NCBI GenBank assembly: GCA_039208735.1
Contig: JBCCQY010000003.1
Span: 32,001-96,000, forward strand
From: Myxococcota bacterium
GTDB taxonomy: Bacteria > Myxococcota_A > UBA796 > GCA-2862545
DNA length: 64,000 nt
Reading direction: 5' to 3'
This document shows positions 38,158-46,055 of the stretch, piece by piece. The first letter of the stretch is position 1; each line of letters begins with the position of its first letter. The notes under the pieces were generated by a model. That model made no database searches, was not told where the DNA came from, and saw nothing but the letters and a program-made list of their open reading frames with translations. The position numbers and the translations under genes were made by a program.

Positions 38158-39825
38158 GGCTTCCTCTTCGGAGACCAGGGTCACGGCGGGTCGGCCCGAG
38201 AGCGTAAACGCGGCCCAATAGAAGGGATGTCCGAAGCCCTCGGTCGTGCGCACGGCACGTTGGGCTTCGAACAGAGACTCCGAGGCGCCTTTGCCTTTGG
38301 CGAGCTGGGCGTAGAACTCGGTCATCAACACCTGGGTGGCTTTGTCATCGACCTTCCACAGCGACAGGACCTGGGTCTGGGTGCCTGCGAGCACCAAGGC
38401 CCGCCGCAGCCCATGCACGCCATCGCCATTGCGAATCTCGCCAAGCCCGGTTTCGCAGGCGCTCAATACGACGAGTCGAGTGCCCCGAAGATCACGGTTC
38501 GACCACTCTGCCGCCGTCGTGACGTTGCCTTCAAGGTTTGCGCCGGCGAACACAACCCCGCTGCGCAGGTCCGCAATGTCCGTCACGCCGGTGGCGAGCG
38601 GCTCCACGGGCGCGTTTCCGTTCTTCGGACGGCCCAGTCCCCGATCGTCTGACGTGAAGGAGCGTTGGAGGGTGGGCTCGAGGTTCGCTTCGAAGAAGCC
38701 ATGGCTCGCGATGTGCAGGAACTGAGGCCGACTCACCTTGGCGACGGCGGCCTCGGTGGCCTCCGCCCCCCGGAGCACCTGCGTATCGGGGAACGCAGCG
38801 GCGATGGACTCCCCTTCGGCTACGGTGCCGGGAAGCCTCCCCCAGGGCCGACCGGTGCCGTAGTCGATGTCGAAGACGGCCAAGGGGTTGGTGGTTTCGG
38901 CGTCCCAGGCGCCCAAGAAGGGGCGTTCCCGACCGCTCGTCAGGTAGGCGATGCGGGGCAGGTTCCACACGTCATCGGATGCCCGCCCAATCACGAGCTG
39001 GAAGGGGACGTGCGCCAGCAATCCGTCGGGCGAGATGATCACTCGAGGGGCTCGGGTCACCCAGGGCACATCCCCAAAAATACGGGCACGGAGGTCGTCG
39101 GCCAGAGGAGCCACGTCGCGCAGGGCCGTCATCGCACCCCGGAACCGACGCACCGCCTCATCGATGGCCTTGGCGGGCCCGACGTCGACCCCATGGATCG
39201 ATCCCCCGCGTTCCAGGGTGTAGACGGCGTAGCGTTCTTCGCCGTATGTGTCGGATTTCGCGTCCCAGGGTCGGTAGACCACAAACTCGACCAGCAACAT
39301 GCGCGAGTCGAGGGTCGACGCGATGTCGGAAGGCTCGATGAGCGAGGCGATGGCGCGGTAGGGCCGTGATTTGAGGGCGAGGCGCTTCTGGAGTTCGGCC
39401 ACGCGCCCCCGCAGGGCCTTGACCTCCCGACGAGGAGGGTTCTTTCGCGCCAAGAGCTGGTCGAGCTGTTCCGTGGCCAACAGTAGGGCATCGAGCCGCT
39501 GCTGGCCCTCGTCGTCCGCGGTCTCCCTAACGATTTCACGCGTGGCGTACTCGGCGTCGACGAGCTGACCCTTGCGACGCAACAACGTCCGAAGTGCAAG
39601 TGCCGCCCAGCGTGGGTCGGTCGATGCGGTCTTCAGATGCAGGCTCACGACCTTCGAGGTGGTAGCGGCCAAGGGGGCGATAATGGCGCGTCGCTCATCG
39701 GGCGTGCCCACAAGCAACGCATCTCTCACGCGACGGTCTTCAGCATCGAGCAGAACGTCGAGTTGCTCGAGCGTGGGTACGGGAGCGGCGAGGGCACCGA
39801 AGAGCGAAAACAGCAGGGCCAACAT
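38131..39825 (-). CDS. Secreted CHAT domain protein
   Basis: Leader; RRKG; ISPDG; LHIASHGF; VLSACETGLG; HPFYWAAF. Confidence 0.9.
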   Translation of the reverse strand: MLALLFSLFGALAAPVPTLEQLDVLLDAEDRRVRDALLVGTPDERRAIIAPLAATTSKVVSLHLKTASTDPRWAALALRTLLRRKGQLVDAEYATREIVRETADDEGQQRLDALLLATEQLDQLLARKNPPRREVKALRGRVAELQKRLALKSRPYRAIASLIEPSDIASTLDSRMLLVEFVVYRPWDAKSDTYGEERYAVYTLERGGSIHGVDVGPAKAIDEAVRRFRGAMTALRDVAPLADDLRARIFGDVPWVTRAPRVIISPDGLLAHVPFQLVIGRASDDVWNLPRIAYLTSGRERPFLGAWDAETTNPLAVFDIDYGTGRPWGRLPGTVAEGESIAAAFPDTQVLRGAEATEAAVAKVSRPQFLHIASHGFFEANLEPTLQRSFTSDDRGLGRPKNGNAPVEPLATGVTDIADLRSGVVFAGANLEGNVTTAAEWSNRDLRGTRLVVLSACETGLGEIRNGDGVHGLRRALVLAGTQTQVLSLWKVDDKATQVLMTEFYAQLAKGKGASESLFEAQRAVRTTEGFGHPFYWAAFTLSGRPAVTLVSEEEASEAEGDAE

Positions 39826-39854
39826 GCGCCCCGTCTTAGCGGATCCGGCGGAGT

Positions 39855-40403
39855 TTAGCGATGCTCGTTGATAACGGCGAGTTCAATCATCGCCGCCGCG
39901 CCGCTGGTCTGCGCAGTGACGAAGGCAAGCCCCGGACGAATTGCCTGGATTTGGCCTTCCTGGACCTGGAGCACCGTAGGATCGGAACTGACCCACGTGA
40001 CCTCGCCCACGGCGACCGAACGGCCCGATCGTACGGCTGAAAGGTCGAGCCGAGCGGTGTCACCGGGCCGTAGCGACGAGGGGACTCCGGTGACTCGCAA
40101 TTCGGTCACGAGGTCGACCTCGAGGGTCCATGTCACTTCCTGTCCGCGCCAGCGAGCCACCACTGGGGTTCGGCCCGGGCCACGGGCGACGATGTACTCC
40201 GGACGGACTTCGGCGACTTCCCGGCGCGGGACCAAGAGGCGCAACCCCATCGGCTTCGATCCGTCCGACAAACGGAGCGTGGGGCCATCGACGGGACCCA
40301 GCTCGTGAACCTGAATGTGATCTGGACCCTCGATGAGGAGCACGGGGTCCTCGTGCAGGCTGCAGGCTATGGAAAGGCCCACGGAAGCGGTTCGCCAGTT
40401 CAC
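39855..40403 (-). CDS. Ig-like (Big_2) domain lipoprotein
   Basis: Leader ending LSIAC; VTWVSSDPTVLQV..PGLAFVTA; start uncertain. Confidence 0.6.
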   Translation of the reverse strand: MNWRTASVGLSIACSLHEDPVLLIEGPDHIQVHELGPVDGPTLRLSDGSKPMGLRLLVPRREVAEVRPEYIVARGPGRTPVVARWRGQEVTWTLEVDLVTELRVTGVPSSLRPGDTARLDLSAVRSGRSVAVGEVTWVSSDPTVLQVQEGQIQAIRPGLAFVTAQTSGAAAMIELAVINEHR

Positions 40404-40521
40404 GGGAGAAACCTCCGCACGCGCTAGGACGCGCGTGTCCGCTATGTGGCGGGTGTACAGCCTAGCCCATGCTTTCGCGCGGAACTGGACCGGTGCCGCC
40501 CTGTAACGAGGTGCTCGGATC

Positions 40522-41670
40522 CTACCGGAGTTCGACCACCGCGATCTGGACACCTCGTGACAATCGAGCTGCCGCCTCGGAGGCGCTCGAACCGAGCGGA
40601 AGATGGGACGCGTCCGCGGGGGCTTGCCCGAGTGCGGGGTCGACGGCGACGGTCTGGGCGCCCAGGCGGACCGTGGCCCACGCATGCGGATACAGAGCAG
40701 GTCCCACCGTCCCTTCGCGGTAAACCACCCCCCCGACGGTGTCCGCCTCGAGGCCGAGTTGTCGGGCCAGGTGGACAAACGCCGCCGCCGCCTCATCACA
40801 GTCGCCACGGCCCGCCCGAAGCGCCTCGGCGGCATCCAACGTTCCGGGCTGAGGGACGCCGTCGAGGGTCTGCCTGACGTGAACCACGAGCTTTTGGATC
40901 GCAACGCGCGCGTCGGGCGCATCGGCCACCCAGGTATCGGCCTCGGAGGGAGGATGCGGGGGGATCGGAACGGCGGGGATCTGAAGCCAAATGGGAGCGT
41001 CGGTGCGCGTCACGACGCCATCGACGAGGAACCGGCCGATCAACGCCCGCTCCGCTCGGGGCTGGGCGGCGACGGGGATGGCGTAGAGGCTCACCGGATC
41101 GAAGGTGTCGAAAGAGGTCGGCGCCGAGCCCCGTTCGAGCGTGAAGCTGCCTTGCGTGGCTCGTACGAGGCCTTGGTCGTCCCAGGTCGCCTCGCCCTTC
41201 CCGGCCGAGCCCGTCCAGCGCACGACCGTGGTGTCGGACTGCGCGTCCACTTCGACCTCGCCCGTCACCACTTCGAGGGAAAACGGATCCACGAGCGGCC
41301 AGCGGCCGGACCGTGGGGGAGGCCATGCGTCGGGAAGCCAGGCGGCTCCGGTCCACGTTCGCGACCCCGTGGGGGACCACTGCAGGTAGCTGGCCGCGGG
41401 GCCGTCCGCGGGACCGGCCATGCGACTGCCTCCGCGGACCGCGCGACGGGTGCCTCCCAGTTGAAGCCAGGTCGTGCGGCGTCGCACGATCACCGTTTCA
41501 TCGTCTTCGGAGAAGACCGATCGACGTTCGGTGCCAATGCGCAACGCTTGGCCTTCGATGCCCCGGACCGACAGGACGTAGTCGGTTGATGGGGCATCAC
41601 GTGGCGCCGTTGGGGCCCCTCGGAATGGGTCGGGCGAGGAGCAGCCGAAAAGGAAGAGTGCCAGGACGAC
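40522..41670 (-). CDS. Transglutaminase-like lipoprotein
   Basis: GDCDE..HAW..VDP Cys-His-Asp triad; lipobox LFGC; start codon unclear. Confidence 0.8.
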   Translation of the reverse strand, partial: VVLALFLFGCSSPDPFRGAPTAPRDAPSTDYVLSVRGIEGQALRIGTERRSVFSEDDETVIVRRRTTWLQLGGTRRAVRGGSRMAGPADGPAASYLQWSPTGSRTWTGAAWLPDAWPPPRSGRWPLVDPFSLEVVTGEVEVDAQSDTTVVRWTGSAGKGEATWDDQGLVRATQGSFTLERGSAPTSFDTFDPVSLYAIPVAAQPRAERALIGRFLVDGVVTRTDAPIWLQIPAVPIPPHPPSEADTWVADAPDARVAIQKLVVHVRQTLDGVPQPGTLDAAEALRAGRGDCDEAAAAFVHLARQLGLEADTVGGVVYREGTVGPALYPHAWATVRLGAQTVAVDPALGQAPADASHLPLGSSASEAAARLSRGVQIAVVELR

Positions 41671-41674
41671 CGGA

Positions 41675-42457
41675 CTACTCGTACAGCGAGCGGAAGAACC
41701 GGCTGCTGCGGGTTCCGCCTTCGCAGCTATCCCATGAAAACCAGACGAAATGGGCCTTGCCCTTGATCTGGTCGTAACGCACGAACTTCCAGGCACGGCT
41801 GTCTTCGGAGTTGTCACGATTGTCGCCCATCACGAACACGTGGCCAGGCGGCACCGTCACCTGGCCCCCCGGTTCGGCCCCGGGCGGCGGGTAGTCCGCG
41901 AGGTGGCCGGGAAGCCCCACTCGCGTCAGCATCTCGTGGTCGACGTCGGCAAGGTGCTCAACCCACAGCTTCGTGTCGGCCGGTGTGCACTTGTCGTTCA
42001 CGAACGTGTACCGCTTTTGGTATTCCCGTTCCTGAGGCTCCCCGTCGAGCACCACTTGGTTGTCGATGACCTTGATGGTGTCGCCCGGAATGGCCACGAC
42101 GCGCTTGATGTAGTTGACGGACTCTTGTTCAGGGAAACGGAAGACGATGATGTCGCCGCGTTGGGGATCGCCCCAGTCGAACACCTCGATGCGCGGCACG
42201 ACCCAGAACGTGTCCATGAAGGGGATCTCGATCAGGGTCTGGGGCACCCACAGCCCATACTGGGCCTTACTGACCACAACGTGGTCGCCGATCTGCAACG
42301 TGGGGACCATCGAACCGCTGGGAATGCGGAACGGCTCGAAGACGAAGGTTCGGATGGCGAGCACCGCGAGAATCGCGGGGAGCCAGGTGCGAACGACATC
42401 GCGGACAAAGCCGGCCGTATGCGGGCGATCGTCCTCGATCAAATCCGGATCACTCAC
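41675..42457 (-). CDS. lepB: Signal peptidase I
   Basis: IPSGSMVPTL, RGDIIVF, YIKRV, MGDNRDNSEDSR. Confidence 0.95.
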   Translation of the reverse strand: MSDPDLIEDDRPHTAGFVRDVVRTWLPAILAVLAIRTFVFEPFRIPSGSMVPTLQIGDHVVVSKAQYGLWVPQTLIEIPFMDTFWVVPRIEVFDWGDPQRGDIIVFRFPEQESVNYIKRVVAIPGDTIKVIDNQVVLDGEPQEREYQKRYTFVNDKCTPADTKLWVEHLADVDHEMLTRVGLPGHLADYPPPGAEPGGQVTVPPGHVFVMGDNRDNSEDSRAWKFVRYDQIKGKAHFVWFSWDSCEGGTRSSRFFRSLYE

Positions 42458-42519
42458 CCGTGCACTCCTCTGGACGTGGCGAACTGTAACCCACGGCCCC
42501 GGGGACGGTAGAGGACATC

Positions 42520-43107
42520 GTGGCCATCGAACACCGTTTGAGACAAGCTGTGCAACGTCCACCGGCTCGGCTGGAGGAAGAGGCGCCTCGCGCCGCGGTT
42601 GCCGCCATCGTAGACGCTCGGGGCGACCTGTTGCTGATGCGGCGCGCCGAACATCCCGATGACCCCTGGTCGGGGCATTTGTCCTTTCCTGGCGGCCGAG
42701 TCGAGCCTTCGGACGTCGACTCGCTGGCCGCTGCCATCCGCGAGACGAGCGAAGAGATCGGGTTTGATCTGTCGCCCGACCAGCTGATCGGGCCGCTCGA
42801 TGATCTGACGACGCGGCCGGTTCGCCGTCACCTCATCATCGAACCGTTTGTGTTCTTCGTGCCCGAACCCGGACCCTTCCAACTCAACGAGGAAGTGCAA
42901 AGCCTCCATCGGGTCCAGCTTGATGCGCTGCTGACCGGCGTGGGACGCACGCAGTTTCCGTTGTCGTGGAAGGGCGAGACGATCGAATTGCCATGTGTGG
43001 ATGTGGATGGGCTCCGACTGTGGGGTCTCACCCTTCGCATGGTGGATGACCTGCTTCACCGCATCGACGGTCGGGGGGTGGGGTTGGGCCGTCCTACGCC
43101 GGAGTGA
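42520..43107 (+). CDS. Nudix CoA pyrophosphatase
   Basis: RAEHPDDPWSGHLSFPGG..AAIRETSEEIG; LWGLT. Confidence 0.9.
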   Translation: MAIEHRLRQAVQRPPARLEEEAPRAAVAAIVDARGDLLLMRRAEHPDDPWSGHLSFPGGRVEPSDVDSLAAAIRETSEEIGFDLSPDQLIGPLDDLTTRPVRRHLIIEPFVFFVPEPGPFQLNEEVQSLHRVQLDALLTGVGRTQFPLSWKGETIELPCVDVDGLRLWGLTLRMVDDLLHRIDGRGVGLGRPTPE

Positions 43108-43474
43108 GCAGCTGTTCGATCTGCTCGATCCAACTCGACAGCCGCAACGGCTTCCAAAGCACTCGCGCCCCTACGGCGTAGGCCCGGGCTTCGTCGTTGG
43201 GCGTCGCCTGGCCCGTAAAGAGAATCGAAGGGACGTTGGGGTAGCGCGGCCGGAGGGTTTCGAGCAAATCGAGCCCGTTCCGGCCTCCCAGACGGTGATC
43301 CACGCACACCAATGACAGTTCCTCGTCGGACGCCAAGGTCTGCAAGCTGGCTTCCGCTTCGTCGGCGGATGTCGAGGCAACCGCCCGATAGTCAGGGAGA
43401 CATACCTGGATCGCGTCCTGCAGGACCTCCACTAGGTCCGCCTCATCGTCGACAAGAAGGATGACGGGTTTCAA
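43094..43474 (-). CDS. Single-domain response regulator
   Basis: LLVDDE, VCVD, NGLDLL, FTG and KP motifs. Confidence 0.85.
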   Translation of the reverse strand: MKPVILLVDDEADLVEVLQDAIQVCLPDYRAVASTSADEAEASLQTLASDEELSLVCVDHRLGGRNGLDLLETLRPRYPNVPSILFTGQATPNDEARAYAVGARVLWKPLRLSSWIEQIEQLLTPA

Positions 43475-43695
43475 AGCTTGTCCCAAGTGGTGAACGGTTG
43501 CGTCGATGGTGGTACCACAGCCTCGGCGGAATTGCATCGATCCACCTGAAGATGCACGCGATCCTCGTGCCGGATCCGGGCGGCCGGGGACCCGTTGCAA
43601 TGGGCCGCCGAAGGAAACGCCCTGCGAACAACGCCGACAAGCGGCGCGTGGCAGCGCGGCGGGGTTCGCAACTGTAAGGGTACATAGGAGGCTCG

Positions 43696-44601
43696 GTGAC
43701 CGAACCCAACTACGTGTCCCTCGAGGACTTCGCAGCAAACTTCGGGGACGACAGCGACGCCGTTCCCGGCTGGGTCCACCCTCACGCACGGACCCCTGCA
43801 ATTCTCGAAAGGCTCGGCGTACGCTACCGCCTTGAGGACGTGCTCGACACCGTGGTGGCGTTGCAGCGCGCAGAGCGATTGCAGGGCGGCATCTACGCCG
43901 GACCCGCCAGCATGTCCCACGTTTACCGCTCGGTGTTGCAGTCCGCGCGAACCCTGCACGTTGCGGTCCCCCCGGCGATTCTCGCGGGGTGTGGAATGCG
44001 CATGCAGGGCTGCTTTGGCACGGATGGCCGCGCTTTTCTCTACCTGTCGACCTTTTTCTTTGATCCGGCGGACGAGGGCGAGCGTCTGTTCATGGCGGGT
44101 CGATTCTGCGGCTATATCGCCGCGAAGTTGGTGACCGCGAATACCCTTTACGCCCTGATTGCCGACAATGGCGGTGTCCGGTCGATTGCCCGTCGTGGCA
44201 TCGGCCCGGTCCTCGATGTGGTGCTCGCGCCGCTTTCGCTGGGCGTGCGCATCGCGCTGTCGCGATGGCAGCGAGCGTCAGAAGTGACGGCCGACCGGGC
44301 GGGCCTCATCGTGTGTCGGGATATCGAGATGGCCGCCATGGCGCTGATGCGCCAGTCGCTCGGACGGCGGCCGCTCATCGACAAGGAGACCTACCTGGAT
44401 CAGCATCGCAATTCCGATACCTCTCCGGGCCGTTGGGCCGAACTCTTGGCCGGGGCGCCGTGGGTACACAAGCGGATCCGTGCGATGGAGCTGTTTACCC
44501 AGTCGCAAGTGTACGCAGAACTCACGGGAGAGCCGGTCGAGGACCCGATCTCCACCGAAGAACTCAACCAGCGGACCACGCAGATCTTGGGGGTGTCGTG
44601 A
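43696..44601 (+). CDS. M48 metallopeptidase-like protein with degenerate HExxH
   Basis: ERLFMAGRFCGYI at the HELGH position; WQRASEVTADRAGL retained; AGGAGG RBS. Confidence 0.8.
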   Translation: MTEPNYVSLEDFAANFGDDSDAVPGWVHPHARTPAILERLGVRYRLEDVLDTVVALQRAERLQGGIYAGPASMSHVYRSVLQSARTLHVAVPPAILAGCGMRMQGCFGTDGRAFLYLSTFFFDPADEGERLFMAGRFCGYIAAKLVTANTLYALIADNGGVRSIARRGIGPVLDVVLAPLSLGVRIALSRWQRASEVTADRAGLIVCRDIEMAAMALMRQSLGRRPLIDKETYLDQHRNSDTSPGRWAELLAGAPWVHKRIRAMELFTQSQVYAELTGEPVEDPISTEELNQRTTQILGVS

Positions 44602-46055
44602 TGACGACCGAGCGCATGGTGCAAGACGCACTGCAGGCGGCGGGCGACCCCGCTGGCGCCTTCTTGTGGCGTCGAGTTTGCCGCGATCTCGACGGGGAGC
44701 TTCGGATTGGGGTGGTGGCGAAGGATGAGTCGGTCGCACAGCGATTGGTGCGTCAGGTCGGAACGGCCGATCACGTGGAGTGGGTGACCCTGCGCGCGGC
44801 CGATGCCGATGGCGATGATGGGCAGCCGACCTTGGGGACCCAGGACCGGATGCTGGGCGTCCATGCGCTGGTGTGGGCGACGCCCGCGGTGGCGCCGCTC
44901 GGAGGCGAAGAACGTCGCGGCATGGCGGCGCTGGTCGAAGCGGGCGCCCCGAACCGCCGCGCAGTGGCGATCGCCGACCTGTCGTTGCTTGCCAACATGG
45001 TCCCCGATGAAGGGGACCCCGAGACCCACGCCGCCGCGGTGGCCGAAGAAGCCACCGAAGTGCAGCGGCGTATTGAGTCGTTGGCGGGTGACACCTGGTC
45101 GGTCGTGCGAGGCGATGACCTGCCCACTTGGGTGTCGCAGGCCAAGGAGGCCCACACCGAACTCATTCGAGACCGGCGCCGCACCGTCGCGGATCTGCTG
45201 CTGTCCGATGCCTTGCGGCGCGCCATGGATGCGGTGGAGCAGGCGGCCTCCGACGTCGCTCGGGTCGAGGAGCTGCTCGCCTCGGAGGATGCCCAGCTCG
45301 AGGTGGCACGAAAAGCGGGTCAGCGCGTCGCCGCGCATCTGCTGGGCGCCATTCGTCGGGAAACCGAATCGTTGCTCGTCGACCTCGGCAGTTTCCTCGT
45401 GTCGCTCGAGGGCGACATACCCGGTCAGGTTGAGTCCATCGGTGATCTCGAGACCGTCCGGCGCACCCTGCCCCACTGGTTGCATCACGTCGTCGAGGAG
45501 TGGATGGAAGAGCGCCTCGCAGTATGGCGAGCGCGGATTCTCGAAGACCTGGCCGAAGTGAACATCGATGATGGCGACCTCGACCGTGCACAGCTCCTGG
45601 TGCCGGCCTTACATCCGGCTCCGGTACGCGCCGAAGGCAACTGGACGCAGCGCCTTGGCATCACCGCGGCGGTGGGGGGCGGTGCGGCGATGCTCATCAT
45701 GGGGTGGTGGGTGCCTGGGCTGTTGTCCGTGACCGGAGGCATTGCGTGGTCGGCGCTCGGTCGGCGAGCCGCGGAGGCCCAGAACCGGCGGGCGCTGATC
45801 GACACCAGCATCGAGGCTGTGCGAGGCATGGGCACCGATGCGGACAAGCTGCTGCGCGACCAGCTCCAGGCGCTGGAAGATGAACTCGAACGACTCGGCG
45901 ACGAGCGAGCCGATGCGGTAGCCCAGGATCGAGCCCTTGAACGTGCCGATCTGTCCGCCCAGCGGACGGCCCGGTTCGAACGACAACGGGCGCTCGAAGG
46001 GGTGCTGATGGACCTGGAGCGCCGCATCCAAGGACTTAAGGAGGCCACCGCGTGA
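44601..46055 (+). CDS. Degenerate dynamin-like protein (no P-loop) with membrane hairpin
   Basis: LRIGVV with no GKS; ALVWATPAVAPLGGEER; helical stalk; hydrophobic hairpin; coiled-coil tail. Confidence 0.7.
   Translation: MTTERMVQDALQAAGDPAGAFLWRRVCRDLDGELRIGVVAKDESVAQRLVRQVGTADHVEWVTLRAADADGDDGQPTLGTQDRMLGVHALVWATPAVAPLGGEERRGMAALVEAGAPNRRAVAIADLSLLANMVPDEGDPETHAAAVAEEATEVQRRIESLAGDTWSVVRGDDLPTWVSQAKEAHTELIRDRRRTVADLLLSDALRRAMDAVEQAASDVARVEELLASEDAQLEVARKAGQRVAAHLLGAIRRETESLLVDLGSFLVSLEGDIPGQVESIGDLETVRRTLPHWLHHVVEEWMEERLAVWRARILEDLAEVNIDDGDLDRAQLLVPALHPAPVRAEGNWTQRLGITAAVGGGAAMLIMGWWVPGLLSVTGGIAWSALGRRAAEAQNRRALIDTSIEAVRGMGTDADKLLRDQLQALEDELERLGDERADAVAQDRALERADLSAQRTARFERQRALEGVLMDLERRIQGLKEATA

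Noticed and set aside
30445..39825. CHAT proteins as part of Craspase or gasdermin systems
   Set aside because: No Cas7-11, gasdermin or recognisable substrate gene is present in the window.
43660..43680. CGCAACTGTAA resembling a cobalamin riboswitch core
   Set aside because: The other conserved elements (GGGAA, GCCACTG, B12 box) are absent.
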